From the NCBI GenBank assembly GCA_051362555.1, contig CM120640.1:60242788-60306787 (forward strand): DNA of 64,000 bases. The letters run 5' to 3'. Shown here piece by piece: positions 12,501 through 25,656 of this stretch (position 1 is the first letter of the stretch; every line of letters begins with the position of its first letter). The notes beneath the pieces were generated by a model that was not told the origin of the DNA, ran no database searches, and was given only the letters and a program-made list of their open reading frames with translations. A program made the translations under genes and the position numbers. The stretch is from Lingula anatina (taxonomy: Eukaryota > Animalia > Brachiopoda).

Positions 12501-15500
12501 GGTACCCACTACCATCACCACTACACCAATACCAACATTAACACCATCACTGCACCACCACTAGCAACAATGCACCAACATCACCACCACTGCACCAATG
12601 TTATCATCACTGCCATCATCCTCACCACTCAACCAAGTCACCAATACCTATATACTGATACCAGTATTACTGCCACCAGCAATGCCACTACATCAACATC
12701 ATCTTCACTACACTAACACCACTACCACCGACACCACTGCTTCAATGTCATCACCAGTAAATTTTCAGTATCAGGGATAGATAAAATGGTCCTGTAGACT
12801 GGAGGTTTTTGTATTCAGTGGCACAATCCAAGTTAAATGTTTAGATGTAATTTATATGATAAATCCTCTTAGACAATGTTTCAAAGATTTGCTAGAATAA
12901 TTCTTTTAACCTTTAAAAACTCTAACTGTGCACTGTTATAAATTGTTACATATAGAACAATGTAACCATCTCTGTTCGTAGGAGCCTGGCCAATACACTA
13001 GTAGACCTTGACCAGCCTGGGAATTTTAACCAAGCATTGATGGAGCTGGGGGCCACAGTTTGTAGCCCAAAGACTCCATCTTGCAGCAAATGTCCACTAA
13101 AATCTCACTGTAAGGCTTACTCACAGGTATTGATACTAACTCATTTTATGAATATAAGAATATTCTTAAGTATCATAGTTTATTATTATTATTATTAATT
13201 TTTGTGAAGAGTGTTCTGTACCATTTCAGCAACCACAGTTATTATCCACAAGTAAACATTGCTTTCATTCCATGTCGTATGCAAATTTCACTATTAAAAT
13301 GTAAATTTTTATTCATCCAGTTGTGATGTTTAAAGGTAAAATTATAATAACTCTAATACAAATTTCACAGTCTTTGTAAGGTGTTCAAGTGTATCTGTTT
13401 CAGGTAATAGATTGGCAGAAGAGAACTGCATCAAGACTTACAGAATCCAAAGCAAGCAAGGGGAAAGATGCAGATATTCCAGATATTGAAAATGGTAAAG
13501 TCATCCCACAAAACTAGTCAACAGAAGTGATCTCTGATTGATGTATACTTAAAGTCATAATAACTCTTCATTTTGGCCAAAAATTGGATTTTCCTGGAGT
13601 AAGCGGTAATTTTCCCGTACTTACCAATGGTCAGCGACCCCATTCCTGCATTCAAAGTTAATCCAGGGTTTTTTCCTAAAGGTACGGTTTTTTGTTAAAA
13701 TCTCTTAAGAGATTTTAACTGACGGAGCTCTCTCTGACATCGCATAGTCACTGTTGACCTACTTAAAACCGCAGGAAAAGCAGACAACAACAACACTATA
13801 TAAGATTCATGAGATATATTCGTCTTTTTGTTAAAAATACATTAATATCCACAATGTGTGCCATTCTGGGCTTTTCGTTATCCGACGCACTGTACAAAAA
13901 CTCGCAACTTACGTCTGCGTCTGCATTAATGCGTTTGGCGCCATATGTTATTTTGGTCTCGAATGAACGCAAGAATCTGCGTGACACCATTACGTCATTA
14001 GCAACGAATGCCTTGATGACCAGGAAGAAAAGCATCGAAAGCCCTATTGACAAGCACAGATTTTAGTTTTACTACAACAACGGCCGTTTTAGTGGTAAAA
14101 TACAATAGAATATATTTCCATGCGTTGTTTACAATGTATTTCATGCAGAATTTTGAATCTCAAAGGAAGAGTTATTATTGCTTTAAACTATATCAAACAT
14201 ATACCGTCTCATTTATTCCAATTTAAGTTGATTAAGAATAATAAATACCAGTTGACACTGACACATGTGTGATTATACTCATAATATCCACTTTATATTA
14301 CATTACAGCCTCACTGGATTGTAAGCTGTGTCTTCCATCATCTGAACCCTGGGACAGTAGGTAGGTGTCTAAAACTTCAGACAATATTTTGATGTATAAA
14401 CCCTGTGGCAGTGCGTAGGTTTTTAATACAAAGATCCAGTTTTTGTAGCCTGTCTTTGTATAACAGAATATATAACCTTAACATTGTGACAGTTGATAGG
14501 TGACTTAGATTTTGATTCAGATTCATTCAACATTTCAGGCTACTTTTAGTTTGTTTATATTTGTTTATATGGTGAGAAAAAAGTGCTTTGTTGCCCAAAG
14601 GGACTTTCTGCATTATTTTTAATGCCAAGATATGAAATGGCAGTATTTGCCTTGATTAAGTATGACAGAGCAGTTTTATATGTCAGTTTTTTTGTTTTTT
14701 TTTTCAAGTTTAGGAGTTACAAACTATCCCCGCAAATCTAAGAAGAAGGCTCCAAGAGAAGAACAGACACCAGTGTGCATTGTTCAGAACTGCAAAGATG
14801 AATATTTGATTGTCCAAAGGCCCAAAACAGGTATATATTCAATTTTAGTTTGACTGTTTTGATTTTGTGATCTAATGACCCTTAGAAATTATTCTTATTA
14901 GGATAAACATTGATATCAACTTCAAACTTTTTTGAAAGTACTGTGGATACACTGTCCTTTTTTTGTAACTGTTATGGACTAAAAAGCAATAGTTTGAGCT
15001 CACTTCTATATTCAATTTTTACTGTATTCTTATCAACATTTTTGTTACCCAATTGTAGGTCTGCTGGCAGGTCTGTGGGAGTTCCCAAGCGCAACCCCTC
15101 TTGGGGTAGAATGTGACCAGACTGAGGCTGTCCGACACTTACAGCAACATTTACACTCAAAACTCCATATTGGAGGGAAAGATAAAAACAACTTAGCATA
15201 TGTTGGAGAAGTAAGAATTACCAATATTTTTTCTTTGTGTTCAACAAACTAATTTGTAGGCATACTGTAGTGTGAATTTTATGTGCCAAATGTTAAATAT
15301 TATATTCATTGGGTTATTGAATAATTACTTTAACATTTTTCCACAATCTAACATTAATATAACTACTTATTGCTGTTTGAACTTTTTATTTGAAGTTTTT
15401 CTGATTGTACAATGTTTTGAAATAATAAAAACTGTGAAATGTGTTACTGTTGATTATTTTTATCACATCCAGGTTAAACATTTATTTTCCCACATCAGCC

Positions 15501-16236
15501 AGACCTATGTGGTGTACCAGCTGACCCAAGTGGACAGTGTGTTAGGTGAGCTAGGTGGCCAGTGTGGTGACCAGTGTGCTAGGTGGGTTGACAGAGACCA
15601 GTTGATGGAGGCTGCAATATCTACTGCAATGAAAAAGGTGAATATTTCTTTCTTTTTCTAAACACTAGGTATATTAGTGTCAGCTTTTATGGTCCCAGCT
15701 GTTCAAAGATAATGAAAACTTTTTTACCAGTATATGACTGTATTAGTTTGTAATTTTGATTTAGTTGAATTTTTCAGCTTTTTGGACAGACACAAACATT
15801 GTTTATTGAAACCAATAATCCTCAATAACTGCCTTGTATATTTAAGTTTGTATGAAAAGATATACTAAAAGAAATTCAGTTAAGTATTGATTACTGCAGG
15901 TATTCAAGACATATGAAGTCAGTCTAAGTAAACAGAGTGATGGAGAGAAAAATTGCAAGGTGAGATAATTTATGTTATTTTTGTTTTAATTTCCATTATT
16001 AACAAGGATATGAAACCTTTATTTCCCTGACTGATATTGATTTGCTGCTCATCTTTGATACTATTCCTTTGGAGTCTTTCTGTTGTAGGATGTAAGGATG
16101 GTGCTAGGTTTGTGTAAATTGCCGTGGAATGCTAGATTTGAGTTATAAGACTTCAAAGAGAACCCCTAAAAAATGTATAAGTAGATCTCATTTTACTGAA
16201 GCAAATCTAAATGTATATTTATTTTTTTATTTTATT

Positions 16237-16267
<31 letters not shown>

Positions 16268-19200
16268 CATCTAAACTTGTGACATAGCTTACCTAGGAAT
16301 TTTTACTCTGTTCTGTAGCATCAGAAGGTTGAAAATTATATTTTCATCTCACCTGCAGTGATATCATCTCACCTGTAGTGATATTTACCTGCATTGTAAC
16401 CTGTTGTTCTAAACAAGAAGGGAAGTGTGTCCTGGATGCCAGACAGGATACAAGGTTTTGTGTTTGTAACCTGGACTCTTTGGGTGAGGGGAAATACTTT
16501 TGGTGTCATACACATAATTCTATGACCATAAAACTTCTAAAATATTGCAATACAACATAGCTGGCAAATTGATGACAAGCCTTGTCAAAACTTGACAATT
16601 GTAGGCTTAGTAAATTCAGGTAATGCCATCAGCAACAGGTCAAATGAGGGGAAAACTTTTTTGTCCCTTTGAATTGTTGTTGATATTAGTTATCTGTCCT
16701 GTTTAAATTTTGTCCTTGCTACAACATTATTTTGTTGGTTTCATAGCCTGTCCTGGCTGCAGTATCATTAATCCACTAAACTATTTCTCTGTCCTCATAA
16801 GTTTTGCTACAAATTGACCTTGTAACTATTACTACTACCAAACTACTTCTATCAGTAGTATATACAGGGTTTAGGGCTGCTGCACTGTCTTATAACAGGC
16901 ATTATTTTGTCAATACCCTCTGTTGTAAAAGTTAAAGTTCTATTATCAACTCCTACTCTTTTACAGCATTTTGGAAACAATTTGAAGATTGTGCTGAACA
17001 ATGACTACACACTATCTCAGGCTTGCTTCTTTTTTTATTTTATCTGTTTTCTAGGGGTAAAACAATTTATGTTTTATATGTATTTTTAAATTCATTTTAT
17101 ATACAGTGGTAGAATAAATTTTATGATTACTCTATTATGCATTTTTGCATGTTGATCTTTTCCAAGAGATTAAAAATTAAACCAATTCCAGATTTGTCCC
17201 ATTATTTCATTGTTTGGCTTTTCACGGTATACCAAATTGTAACCTGTATTCTGTAGTTTGAGCTCCATGGGTAGGGCGGGATGGGGAGTGACGGCTGTTT
17301 GCTTATCTTTCTTTTCCTCAGGTGAAAAACAACCATAAGTTCCCTCAGTTTCCTGTTTTTTCATGTTCAGTAAAATCACATTCTCAGTTTTATCAGCATA
17401 TTTGTGGTGCAAGATAGACATATTTGTAAAGTTGTCATGTTTATATTATTTTACAGCCTTAGATAACACTTCTCCTTCAGCATTAAGCTGACCCATGGGA
17501 CTGGTCATAGGTCCCCTGATTCCATTTAGTCATACAGGATCCAAAGAGCATGTAGATAAGACTGCAGTATTAATCTCAATTTTCAAATTTCAAAAGTAAA
17601 TGTTATTAATATAAGGTGTGGTCAATAGAAGATGTTTCCTACATTTTTTTATTATTATTGTAACTGCTGCAGGTGGACATATTCATAGTTATTAGTCATT
17701 AAAAACCATTTGAGTATACACACCACCCACTTTTATAAAATGTAAAAATGCCATTTAATTTTAAAAAGAATTCCCCATATGACTGTTGTGTCGGTGGTTC
17801 AAAGGGAAGCAAGGTTTGTTGAAGTAAAAAGGGGGAAGGGAGGCAGCATCAATACTATACAGTGGCAGTTGGTAGATCTTTTTATGTAAAAAGAGAAGAT
17901 ATGATTGTTATTTAAATAAAAATGTTAGATAAGCCTGTGTTAAATGTACTGAAAACTCCACACATCCTGGGTGTTCTCCAGTTTAATATCTGTCTCTGTG
18001 ACAGATGTGAAATATTTGCTGAGTCAGTCAGTCCTGTGACTTGTGTCAGCAAAAAAAAAAAAAAAAAGATTGATATTTGAACTGTGTTAAAGCTTAAAAT
18101 AATTCATTTGTTCTTTGCCCTCTGTTGCCAGTTCAGTAAATACTTTATGGTTCTTTTCCCCTGACTTTGATCTGTTTATAGCTGATTTATCCTTTATTTA
18201 CCTGATACTGCAGCCTTTTGAAGGAGCTTCCTTGCCATGATCACCTTTTGAGAGGTTGAGAGTGATCTGTTTATTTTATCAAGGCTGGGAAGGTTGCATT
18301 TTTGAAACAGTTTACCTCATTCTGCATACCAGCTCAACCATTTTTTCAGGGTTAGTGTGGTGGCAAAATAAAAGCATTCCTAATATTATAAATCCAAAAA
18401 AATATAATTAAAAATTTTGGGAACCTAAAATTTGTTTTATAAGATAAGAGGTAAAAGATTAATGAACCAGAAATAATCTGGTTCTGGGAGACAAGTGAGA
18501 AAAAGAGGAGAGTGAATACCACTTTTATAACAAACACACACACACACTAAAAATGATGTAATATATTTCAGTAATTTGTTATTTACTTAAAGTCAAAATC
18601 ACAAAAATCTGCAAAACGGAATGGTTATGTTAGGTGGAGAAGAGTTATTAAGATAGCTAATTCTATCGTTATCTCAACAAAATTATTGTGAAATAAGAAA
18701 GGTTTGCATTAACTGCCTAGTCACATGCCTTTTACATAAGATACATTAATGATTAATTTTATGACCTTAAAATATTTGCTTTGTAGAGTTTTTTTTTTTA
18801 ATTAAGCTGATCTTTGGCTTATCATCGAGGATCTTATCACTTCAGGAAGGGAGATGGGGAGGGGGGGCTAGTCTACTTTGGACCTCTGATATTCTCAATT
18901 GTTTTATTACATATTACCACACTCTGTAATCACATATGGTTATTCTGTCACCTTTATTCCAGGCTCCCATACATGTAATGTGATTTGGATAACAGGCCAG
19001 TTGCCCATGCATTTGAAATTTGTTTTTTAAATATTTCATTATTGATATAATCAGTTGTACATTGTCATCCTTACAACCAATCCTCCTTACAACCTCAGAA
19101 AACAATATAGTGGTGTTGTTGCTATGGCTCACAAGGCAAACAGTGGTTAAATATCTGAGTTCAGTACCACACACTCATTGGCTCTGTTCTCACAACTTTT

Positions 19201-19744
19201 AGATCGATCTATCACCGCGGGGAGTCTCACTAGATTACTGTCAGATAATCCCCCTTAAGTGTCCGTCCCCGCCTACTACAAGCTTTAAGGGGTAATTAAC
19301 TTTCGTGTCCGCCCGGCTGACAGCTATTTAGCGTGAACCCCCAGGGAGTTAGGTCGATCCAATGTAGGTCGATCTAATCTATGAGAATGGGGTGATTCTC
19401 TAACCAAAAGTGTACCACAAGATTTAGTAGCCTGAAAAAACATAAAAATGTGATAAATTGCTCAATTTTAGAAGTATTAATAGGTTCATCCTGAAAAGCT
19501 GATGGATGCCAACCAAAGGGATTTGACATTTATGTACAGAGTTGTCTCTACTAAGAGAATGAAATATTGATATGATGATGATATGGGAGAGAGAAACGCT
19601 GGATGCTTTTTTATAAATTCATAGCTTCTTATGTTATTTTTCCAGGTCAATAAAAGGAAAAGAAATGCATCAGGGTCTTGGTCAAGAAAAGATGGAAAGA
19701 AACAAATGGCAATAGAGGCTTTCTTCCAACCAAAACCCAAGTAA
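9526..19744 (+). CDS. MUTYH: Adenine DNA glycosylase MutY homolog. Exons approx. 9526-9607, 10723-10850, 11100-11136, 11399-11472, 11687-11728, 11912-11983, 12128-12241, 12400-12497, 12982-13126, 13403-13494, 14309-14360, 14709-14830, 15059-15210, 15473-15637, 15900-15959, 19646-19744
   Basis: Motifs [50 protein letters not shown], the Hh[26 protein letters not shown], the Fe-S cluster [29 protein letters not shown], the NUDIX-like [10 protein letters not shown] and HLFSHI, and a C-terminal PCNA PIP box QMAIEAFF. Confidence 0.95.
9873..10024. mobile_element. Short palindromic MITE (Tourist/Harbinger-like)
   Basis: TTCCCATAAACCCATTTTACTAGCTGGAT is mirrored by ATCCAGCTAGTATGATGGGTTTATGGGAA. 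It resembles the palindromic elements near 19180-19395 and 38075-38300. Confidence 0.55.
12505..12755. repeat. Degenerate (CAC/CAT/AAC)n low-complexity intronic repeat
   Basis: Runs of CACCAC/CATCAC immediately follow the MUTYH donor at 12498. Confidence 0.8.
13553..14182. mobile_element. Non-autonomous Kolobok-like element (TTAA flanks) in a MUTYH intron
   Basis: TTAA-AGTCATAATAACTCTTC...GAAGAGTTATTATTGCT-TTAA forms imperfect TIRs. A diverged relative lies at about 61720-62140. Confidence 0.65.
19180..19395. mobile_element. Palindromic MITE-like element
   Basis: Inverted arms TTCTCA..TAGATCGATCTA..GGGG and CCCC..TAGGTCGATCTAA..TGAGAA. The central GGGGTAATTAA is shared with the 38075-38300 element. 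Confidence 0.5.
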
Positions 19745-22700
19745 TAATCTCTCTCTCTCTCTCTCTCACACACACATGCTGTTGCCATACATTGTGACAT
19801 GTGAAAAGACTATTTTGAAATATATTCCTTCCTCAGACAATATAATCATCAAGATGCTAGACCATGTTGATAGATAGTAATAAAAAGGAAAAGGTCATCA
19901 GTTAAACATTGCATTCCAGTTATAATGTGCAGACACAAGCTGTTCCTCGAGACATCGGGTGGAATATAGATGAGGAAGAACAAAGCTAGCACCTGGAGAA
20001 TTCCATACTTGACACTTTTTTATTTTTATCTTGCCATAGTCAGGTTGTGCACTTGTCAACTTTGTGTCCCCAAAAATGTTTGAACATAATTGAGAAACGG
20101 GTGTATAGCATGTCCTCTTGTCAAACTACATATTTGAAAATTATAAATGTAAATTATTTTTGTAGTGATATTCCAGCACACTTGTTATTTCTGAGATATA
20201 AAAGTATGCTTAACGAGATTAGACCTGGTATTTTCTTTTGTTTAATGACAGCTATTAATTTCTCAGCGCTGTAGATCTCAGTCCTGATTATTGTTTTGTT
20301 AACCATCAGTGAATGAAATCTCTAGATTCACTGATGTAGGTAATTTTATCAGCACAAGAAGAACATACATGGCTAATTAACTGCCAAAAATAGAAGCACT
20401 TTCAGTATAGATAGTAGAAAACACAATGTTCTGCCTAATGACTTGTGTAATTGCATAATTATTCTAATTAAATAACATGGTTAGGAGTGATAGTGCAGGG
20501 TTTTGTACCTTATGTACCATGTTTTACATTGTTTTTGTTCTGGTTGCTCTAGCATGGTTCACACAAAGCACCAGCACTAACGAGACTCTCCCTCTGAAAA
20601 GCAGTTGTTCCAATATATATTTTGTGGTTGGTTTGCTTGCTCTCAAGTCCCTGCTCGTAATATGAACGTATTCTTGTGGTAATATTTTAGTTCATACAGT
20701 GGAACACTTGTTAAGCTATTTAAGTAAGGCTAGCCATTGCCTGTCCTCTGGTGCCAGTAGTTTTATGTAATTGGCAAAGATTTTTAAGTGCTATTTATCA
20801 TGTTTTCTGTTGTTTTCCAGGTGAAGGTAGTAAAAATCATGAAAAATGAGGTCAATGAAGACTAAACAGGGGGTTTCTTCACAGTGCTTTGTGGGCATTC
20901 CACAGAAAATGAAGATAAATTTGATTGAACTGAGTCTGATTGGCATCAGCATATATATCATCTATAAGACTTGTTCTTTGTGTATCAAGAAAATTGCCAA
21001 CATTTCTTGGTATCATGCCATTCAGTGCAACTCTGTAAAGATTATGTCAGATACTTGCCTATACATGTATCTAGCAAAGTAGTCGTCCAAATGATTGTAT
21101 TTGTGATTAGACTGTTTTCAGTCTTCATATATTAGATGTGCAAATTACTGTTATATGATTAGAAATTTGGTAAAAAAAAAAAACAATGCATTTTATTTTA
21201 CTTGCTTTAAAAAAAAGCAAACATTTTATGCAAATTCTATTTTGCATGGCAATCCCTGTTATGAAATCCTGTAATTTTTTAGTCTATACACCATTTTTTC
21301 TCCTCGTGCCATTCTGCTTTAGTCATGGTACTTGTCTTGAAAAACATTCCTGCATAGTAATATACTAAAGTCATTATTCGTTGACAAAATTTCAGACAAC
21401 AATTACTATTTCAATTAACTGTGAGAACGGACAATACAATATAGTAATGTGTGCCTGTCATGAAAATCTTCAGCGTGTTGTCCTGTCCCTCCATGGGACC
21501 CAAGCACCTGCACAGGCACCTGCTAAGATTAATGCGACACAGAGGCAAAAATGCAGCTTTGTTTCTATTATTAGAATACCTGAGGGTTAATAAACTACAA
21601 TTGATCTGTAACATAGTAATGACTGGCCCCAGTTTAACTCCCGTTTTTCTATTTTTAGTAACTGTAAAACATGTTGGATGCAATCAAGTCCATGCCACGA
21701 AAAAAACAAACGTGGTCGCATGGAGAAAAATAAGCTGCCAAACAAACATCTCACGAATCCTCTGTCATTGTTCAATGTGGACACCATGTCTTAAAATTAA
21801 TTTAGTGACAAGTACACTTCAAAAGTTACTTGTTGGTCATGGAATAGTACATCTTGAGTGAAGCCTGCAACTTTCACCGTTTTTCTTGTCTTTGCTACTT
21901 TGAGTTGACCTAAAACTACTATGTTGGAAACGGTTTAAAAGATACCATCAAACGTCTCATTAAACGCGTGTAAAATGTCAAACACATAAAAATGTTACAG
22001 ACAGCACCTTTACTATTTCACTTTTTAGTTTTTGGTAATTTTTTTTTAATCATTGGTTCACAGCATGCCTCAGACTGATGCACTTTCCACTGAACACGAT
22101 CCCTGCTGATTTATCGACTTCGACCCATTAAAAGACTAAAGCGTAGGACATGAAAATGTTTTTCGTCACTGAATAAATAACTTCGCCTAATCACTAAGGT
22201 GAACTACGTGAATGCCTGAAATAATCGTTTCTTAGTTTGTAAATAGCCCCCTTGTTGGTATTTTTGTCTCATCGGTTGCCATAACAGCAGAACATTGAAG
22301 AAATTTGTTATAGATACTTGTGTTTGTGTTTGAAACTTGGTCAGAAAGAGCAAAACGTTCCGAAGTTCATTAATAATAAGGTCAGTGGCATTGCATTTTT
22401 TCATCGTTGCACCTCAAATAAACCAGTTTGCTGTACAGGGAAGAACGTAAACAATTCAGGGATCGACCCGGTGCTAACTGGTGTAGATTTCTTCTCTTGA
22501 CATTTTAACACTTAATTTTCATGAGAATTTTTTGTGGGAACTGCAATTCTCAGGTCAAATTTTCTCCTGGTTAGCTTAGCACAGTATCAATATTTTGTTT
22601 GTTTACTTTTATGAACAGAAAAAGTGTACTTCACGTCAGCCCAGGTGGTTAAACGGTGGGACCCTGTGAACTCTGACAATTTAATAAACAAGGTAATACT

Positions 22701-25656
22701 ATCAAATTGAGTCGCTCAATTTGATGTCAATGGAGTGTACGGCAATAAACTGATTAGCTTGTGAGGGCCTGGTTATTGTCCATCACCAGTGCACCTCCTA
22801 GACACACTAGGCTGGTCGCATGGTTCATTTCACCTCAGAGTTGTTTACCACGCACGCACGTGCTGGGAACTCTGCTATGGAGGGAAGGGGGGGGGCATAG
22901 GACAGTTTCTCCTAGGATAAGATTAGGACCCAGTATACTATATACTACGTTCTAAGTTCGTGATTAACGCTTGAGAGTGCTACTTAAGATATTCGGGTAA
23001 CATGGCTCCTTTTGTTAAACAACTTGGAAAAGGCGGACATTTGATGTTTCTCATTTGTGAAGTAATTTCTTGTTATTGAGTCACGTTCCACTTAAGATTT
23101 TGACACCTTAGGGGTGTATTTGTGATATCTATCCAGTAGCTGGCACTCGTAAACAAATAGGATTAGCAAGTTAAATAGATGCAGTATATAACGATATTCT
23201 AACTGTTACTGTATGTTGTTTTGTGTATGGTGCAAACCTGATGACCCCATACTCTTAAGCATATTGCAACCGAAAAGCTCAGCTACTGTGATTTTTCTTT
23301 CATAGTTTTGTTATTGCGAAGGTTACTGAACGAAAGAGAATTTGGGCTGGGTCCAAACAAACATTAGAAAAAAGTGACCGATTTTTCAACGAGCACATCA
23401 TAGTCCATAATCTGCTTCTCTTTGCTGTCAAGTTGCACGTGTCTCTGTTTGGGAAAAGTCGGACATATCGTTCGGTTTCCATCAAACATTGTCACAACTG
23501 CCAAATGCGGAAGACGAAAGTAATAACATTCTGTGGCAGTCACACACTGCAATTTTGATATTGCATTTACATTTCGAATCGTTTTGTAAGTTAAAAAATA
23601 TTTTGATTTCAGTAGGTTATCGTGAGTATTATTTCGTTTATGTGTTTACTTTGTCATCCCGCATAATCCAGGTTTATTTGCTGTCATATTTTTTTACGTT
23701 CCGTGCTTGGTTGTCAGATGAGTGTTTGTCTAGATGGCACCACGAATGTATTGTCACAATGTATTCATTAGCCCCTAACTGCTCTCCTGCACGTGTGTAT
23801 ATTGGCATACTTTGTTGCGTATCACACTAATTATGTGGGTAACTACACTATCTACACCGTAAGCGTGACATCTGTGCCATTAACGCAATTGAATTTCACT
23901 AGATTGCGTTAGAGATTAAGCCCACCTACAAGTACATCTATTCTGTTTGGTTTGTCATAGATTTATCTGTAGGGTTTTTTTCCTGCCCAATTCTTAACCC
24001 ATAGCTTTATAATCTATAATAAACTTTACTACTAATATTATAGAAAGAATGGGAGTGACTACTAGTAAATTCTCATCGAATCGATGCATTACAACTGATT
24101 TAATCGCAAGAATGAATAGATGAAATTGTTGAGAAATGCCAGATACACGATGCCAAATGTCACTTTTCTGATCAAGACCGCAGAACAAAAATTTGGAAAT
24201 CACTGTACCTACGTGTCACAACGAGCGGTCGTTACATATCATTTGATAAACTGGCACCATCTACTTTAGCTTTACTTAGGACCCAAGTGACACTCTAAAT
24301 TATATACCTGTTCACTTTAAAGTCTAGCTGATCGATTTAACAGCCATGTCTACCTATATGACATTTGACGGTTATTCTGGCTTTCGCCGTTCACCCCAGG
24401 TCTCACTCTGACACCTGAGATAGATCCCAGCAGTTCTATCTGACCATTGTGATCAACTGTACTTAACAGGTGTATGGTGACAGGTAGTACTTCGGAGATA
24501 TTGAGTCTTTGTGCCACCAGCCACCCGTCAAATTGCTCACAATTTCTTTGTTGTTTCCTCTGCGCCCATTAGACAAACCTGTATCATTAATCTAAAAGAC
24601 ATCAGCTAGGGACGAGCATATAATATCTAATAACGTTGTCCATATTATTAAGATTCCCTGGACTGGCAAAATAAAACTACTCTATTTAACATTTCATTAC
24701 TTCAAATTTATTTCCACGGTGTCTTAGTCGATAATTTCCACGGTGCAATTGTATAATTAGGTGGTTATACGGATATCGTCGGAATTTCGTTTATCAAAAG
24801 ATGCTCTTTTGTGGCTCCTGTACAGTGCACAGAGTTAAACGCAAAACTCACAAATTTGTACACAAAAATACTAAAGAACCCCGTAACACGAGCCGAGTGT
24901 ACACAATCTGAGTCAACCAACATGAGGAGCTGGTATTTAACTGATTTAACAGTCTACATCTCTTAAAGAGAGAGGTGTATTTGATTTACTTCTATGTGAC
25001 ATTGATGGCTCTTGAATTAAACTTAAACAGAAATGTTGGTAGTTACTGTCGTTCACGTGACCAAACATTGAAAAAATAATGAAAACAGTTTTGAGACGAG
25101 GAGCGTGACTTTGCAAAACTCCGACGCCGGTGATTGAAATATTTATTTAATTTCTACTTTAAAGGGGCACCGATGAAAGGTTGCATGTAAAAACTGAATT
25201 TGTCAAAGTGTATTAGTAGTCAGTTCGCTATCTTGGTGGTATTATTTAGATACCTGGCTGATAGACCGATAGATAGAACCTTGAGCATTGTTTCCATCCG
25301 TTAAATGAGAGTGTGGCGCCGCAGACCTGACCGCGAGGCCAAAACGAGGCTGACGTTTACATTAAAACTAACCGCATACCTGTCTAGCTTTCAGTTGATT
25401 GCTTACATACTGAAGGGACCGACTGGGATGTTTTTATGATTTGTTTTTATTTATCTAGAGACAGCGCCCCACTACAGGAGTTTTTTACTGTGACTTTTGT
25501 TCTACGGGAGACACTGGCAGCCGTATACTGGGCAGACAGAAGAACCTCATTAAGTTAGAAAAACTAAGTTACATTGTGACGCGCTGTCAATAGCGAAACT
25601 GCCTGTAAAGCAGGTATATAAAACAGACATAAGAAAAAGACACGGTCACTCTGACA

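Noticed and set aside
12495-12780. His/Thr-rich ORFs
   Set aside because: They come from an intronic CAC-type low-complexity repeat inside MUTYH.
13796-14066. Overlapping 85-aa ORFs on both strands
   Set aside because: They lie within a non-autonomous TIR element and show no recognisable transposase motifs.
16343-16396. Roughly 20-bp tandem repeat (TCATCTCACCTGCAGTGATA x2.5) as a CRISPR-like array
   Set aside because: It is in a eukaryotic intron with no spacers, so it is a simple minisatellite.
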